DNA from: Lytechinus pictus
Taxonomy: Eukaryota
DNA: 64,000 nt
Direction of reading: 5' to 3'
Assembly (NCBI RefSeq): GCF_037042905.1
Contig: NC_087251.1
Location: 31,622,001-31,686,000, forward strand
A program made the translations under genes and the position numbers. Each line of letters opens with the position of its first letter. Position 1 is the first letter of the stretch. Below the pieces are notes generated by a model. The model did not search any database. It worked only from the letters and a program-made list of their open reading frames with translations, and was not told the origin of the DNA. This document shows positions 61,901 through 64,000 of this stretch, in pieces.

Positions 61901-64000
61901 CTATTAGGACTACCCCTTCAAAGAAACCAAAAATCCCGGCAAAAATCATCTTCGAGCGGTCGATCGGGGAAAGTATTGCTGAAAAAAAATTCCGGCCCCC
62001 CCCCCTATTGGCGAAGGCTGGATCCGCCCCTGAAGGAGATATGATTCCGGTGTCCACACTATGGTTTTATGATTGAAATAATACGTTTGGACTGGTTACA
62101 TTGATATGCAGTTGTCCAGTTTGCCTGAAATTCCAAGAGGGTTTTCAAAAATGGCATCTTATCAAATCACTCAATAGTGGTCAGAGTTCTACAATATCTA
62201 TCTGGTTAGTATTCCATTTTGTCAACAAATCCACGGTGGATTCTAATTTTTTATCAAAATGGGTGCTGTTACCAACTCATTAAACAATATGATAACTTAT
62301 CCCCATGCATTTAAGTGTAGGCACCAAGATTATTTCTCACATGTGGATATTGTATGAACTATGTCAATTTTCAAGTAACAGCTGTCACTTTAGAACCCAT
62401 TTTTAAAAGCCAACTTGGATTTTAAGGCAAAATGGATAACTGCATATCATGGTAACCAGTCCCAAAGTATTTTTATTACCATTGAAACCCTAGTGCAGAC
62501 ACAAAATTAATATCCCCAAGGTGTATTTGTAATGTTCTATATCCACTTTTAAGTAACAACAGTCATTTAAGACCCCCATTTTTAATGCCATCTTCGATTT
62601 TTTGACACACCTGACACCTGACTGTCCTTTCAACTTAACCCAATTTATTACTTGACCCTTTAAACTCTAGCGTAGACACCAAAATCATACCCCCAAGGTG
62701 TATTTCTAATAAACTAGGTATACTTTTAAGTATCAACAGTCAATTTACACCCCATTTTTTTTTAGTCATATTGGATTTTTTAACATACAGACAACTGACT
62801 GGTCTTGTAACTTACCCTTGTGTAAGACACCAAACTCATATTTCCCAGACAGATATTGAACAAATGTTACTTATAAAGGACATAGTATGTCCTTTATAAG
62901 TAACATCAGAACTTTTTTACTCCATTTTTTGGAAGCCAAGACTGTCATTGTAACTTGTCCTAATATATAATTTGACCCTTGAAACCATAGTTGAGACGCC
63001 GAAATCATATCTCACAGGCGGATATAAAATGAGCTATGCCACTTTTACGTATCAGCAGTTAAGTTAGAATCATTTTTTGGAAGCCAATTAACTTAGATTT
63101 TTTGACATACCAAGCCACTGACTGTCCTTGTAACTTGCCCAATGTATTAATTTACCCTGAAACCAGTGGTTTAGATACCAAAATCACATCTCACATGCCG
63201 TTATGAAATGAGCTATGTCCGCTTTAAGTATCAGCTGCCTATTTTTAAGATCAATTTTTTTAATCCATCGCGGATTTTTACACATAATACCAGATCACTG
63301 ACTTTCCTGGTAACTTGTCCCAATGTATTATTTGACCCATTTTACCATGCTATAGACACAAAAATCATATTTCTGGATATTAAGCAAACTATGTCGGTTT
63401 TTTTTTAAGTAGCAACAGCAATTTTAGACTCCATTTTTTGGAAGCCATCTTGGATATTTCACATAATGGACCACTGACTGTCCTTGTAACTTGTCCCAAT
63501 GTCTTATTTAACCATTGAGAACATGGTCTAGACACCAAAATGTCCCAGGCGGATATGAAATGAACTATGTCCATTTTAATTGTCAACAGCCATTTTAAAC
63601 TCCATTTTTAGAATCCATCTTGGATTTTTGGACACACCAGACCACTGGCTGTCCTTTTAACTTGTTCCATATACTACTCCACCCTTAAAACCATTGAATG
63701 AAAAAAAATTAAAGCCACTTAGATGAATATTGTAGATTTTCAGCCTACGGCAGCCATTTTGGGCACCATCTTGGATTTGCCAGGTACACTGGATGGCTTA
63801 CAATTCACTCTAGCCTGTATCAACAATTTTTGTTTTACCCCCTAGACCATGAAATATGAATCGAAATAGGATTCTAGGGTGGATAATTAGTCAGTTGGAT
63901 CCATTTTCAGTGATGGCGGCCATCTTGGACGCCATCTTAAAAATAACCACTTTCCCGGATGCAGATTTTGGTAGATTTTTAGTATGTTATTCCTGAGGTC
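58960..64000. mobile_element. Large foldback element with modular long inverted arms (~175-180-bp subrepeats), running off the window
   Basis: 59054-59450 is the reverse complement of 63600-64000; TCCAAGATGGC / GCCATCTTGGA repeats; left boundary approximate. Confidence 0.8.
59855..62032. mobile_element. Full-length copy of the ~2.2-kb GGCGGATCC-TIR element nested in the foldback
   Basis: CATAGGCGGATCCAG ... CTGGATCCGCCCCTG; AAGGA on both flanks. Confidence 0.85.

Overview
AT-rich, repeat-dense eukaryotic DNA; the repeat repertoire looks like a marine invertebrate, probably a sea urchin (inference, not proven). It contains one complete protein-coding gene on the minus strand: four coding exons (36634-36299, 35719-35528, 33781-33410, 33052-31781), all phase-0 GT-AG introns, 723 aa. 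The product is a signal-peptide-bearing GH31 enzyme that aligns colinearly, from memory, with bacterial sulfoquinovosidase YihQ. Both catalytic Asp are intact, but the sulfonate-recognition motif reads QQRWF rather than QQRWY. A probable first coding exon of a second minus-strand gene lies at 2655-2537. The rest is mostly non-autonomous DNA transposons with readable TIRs and TSDs (hAT-, Kolobok-, Harbinger-, P-, Zator-, MULE- and AcademH-like), often nested. There are also Helentron-type elements with ~162-bp internal arrays, LINE remnants, a tRNA-derived SINE, a pogo/Fot1-like transposase pseudogene, a CT-rich minisatellite, a large foldback element, and a Penelope-like fragment with a minimal hammerhead-ribozyme motif. 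Superfamily labels rest on terminus and TSD rules only; no database search was run.
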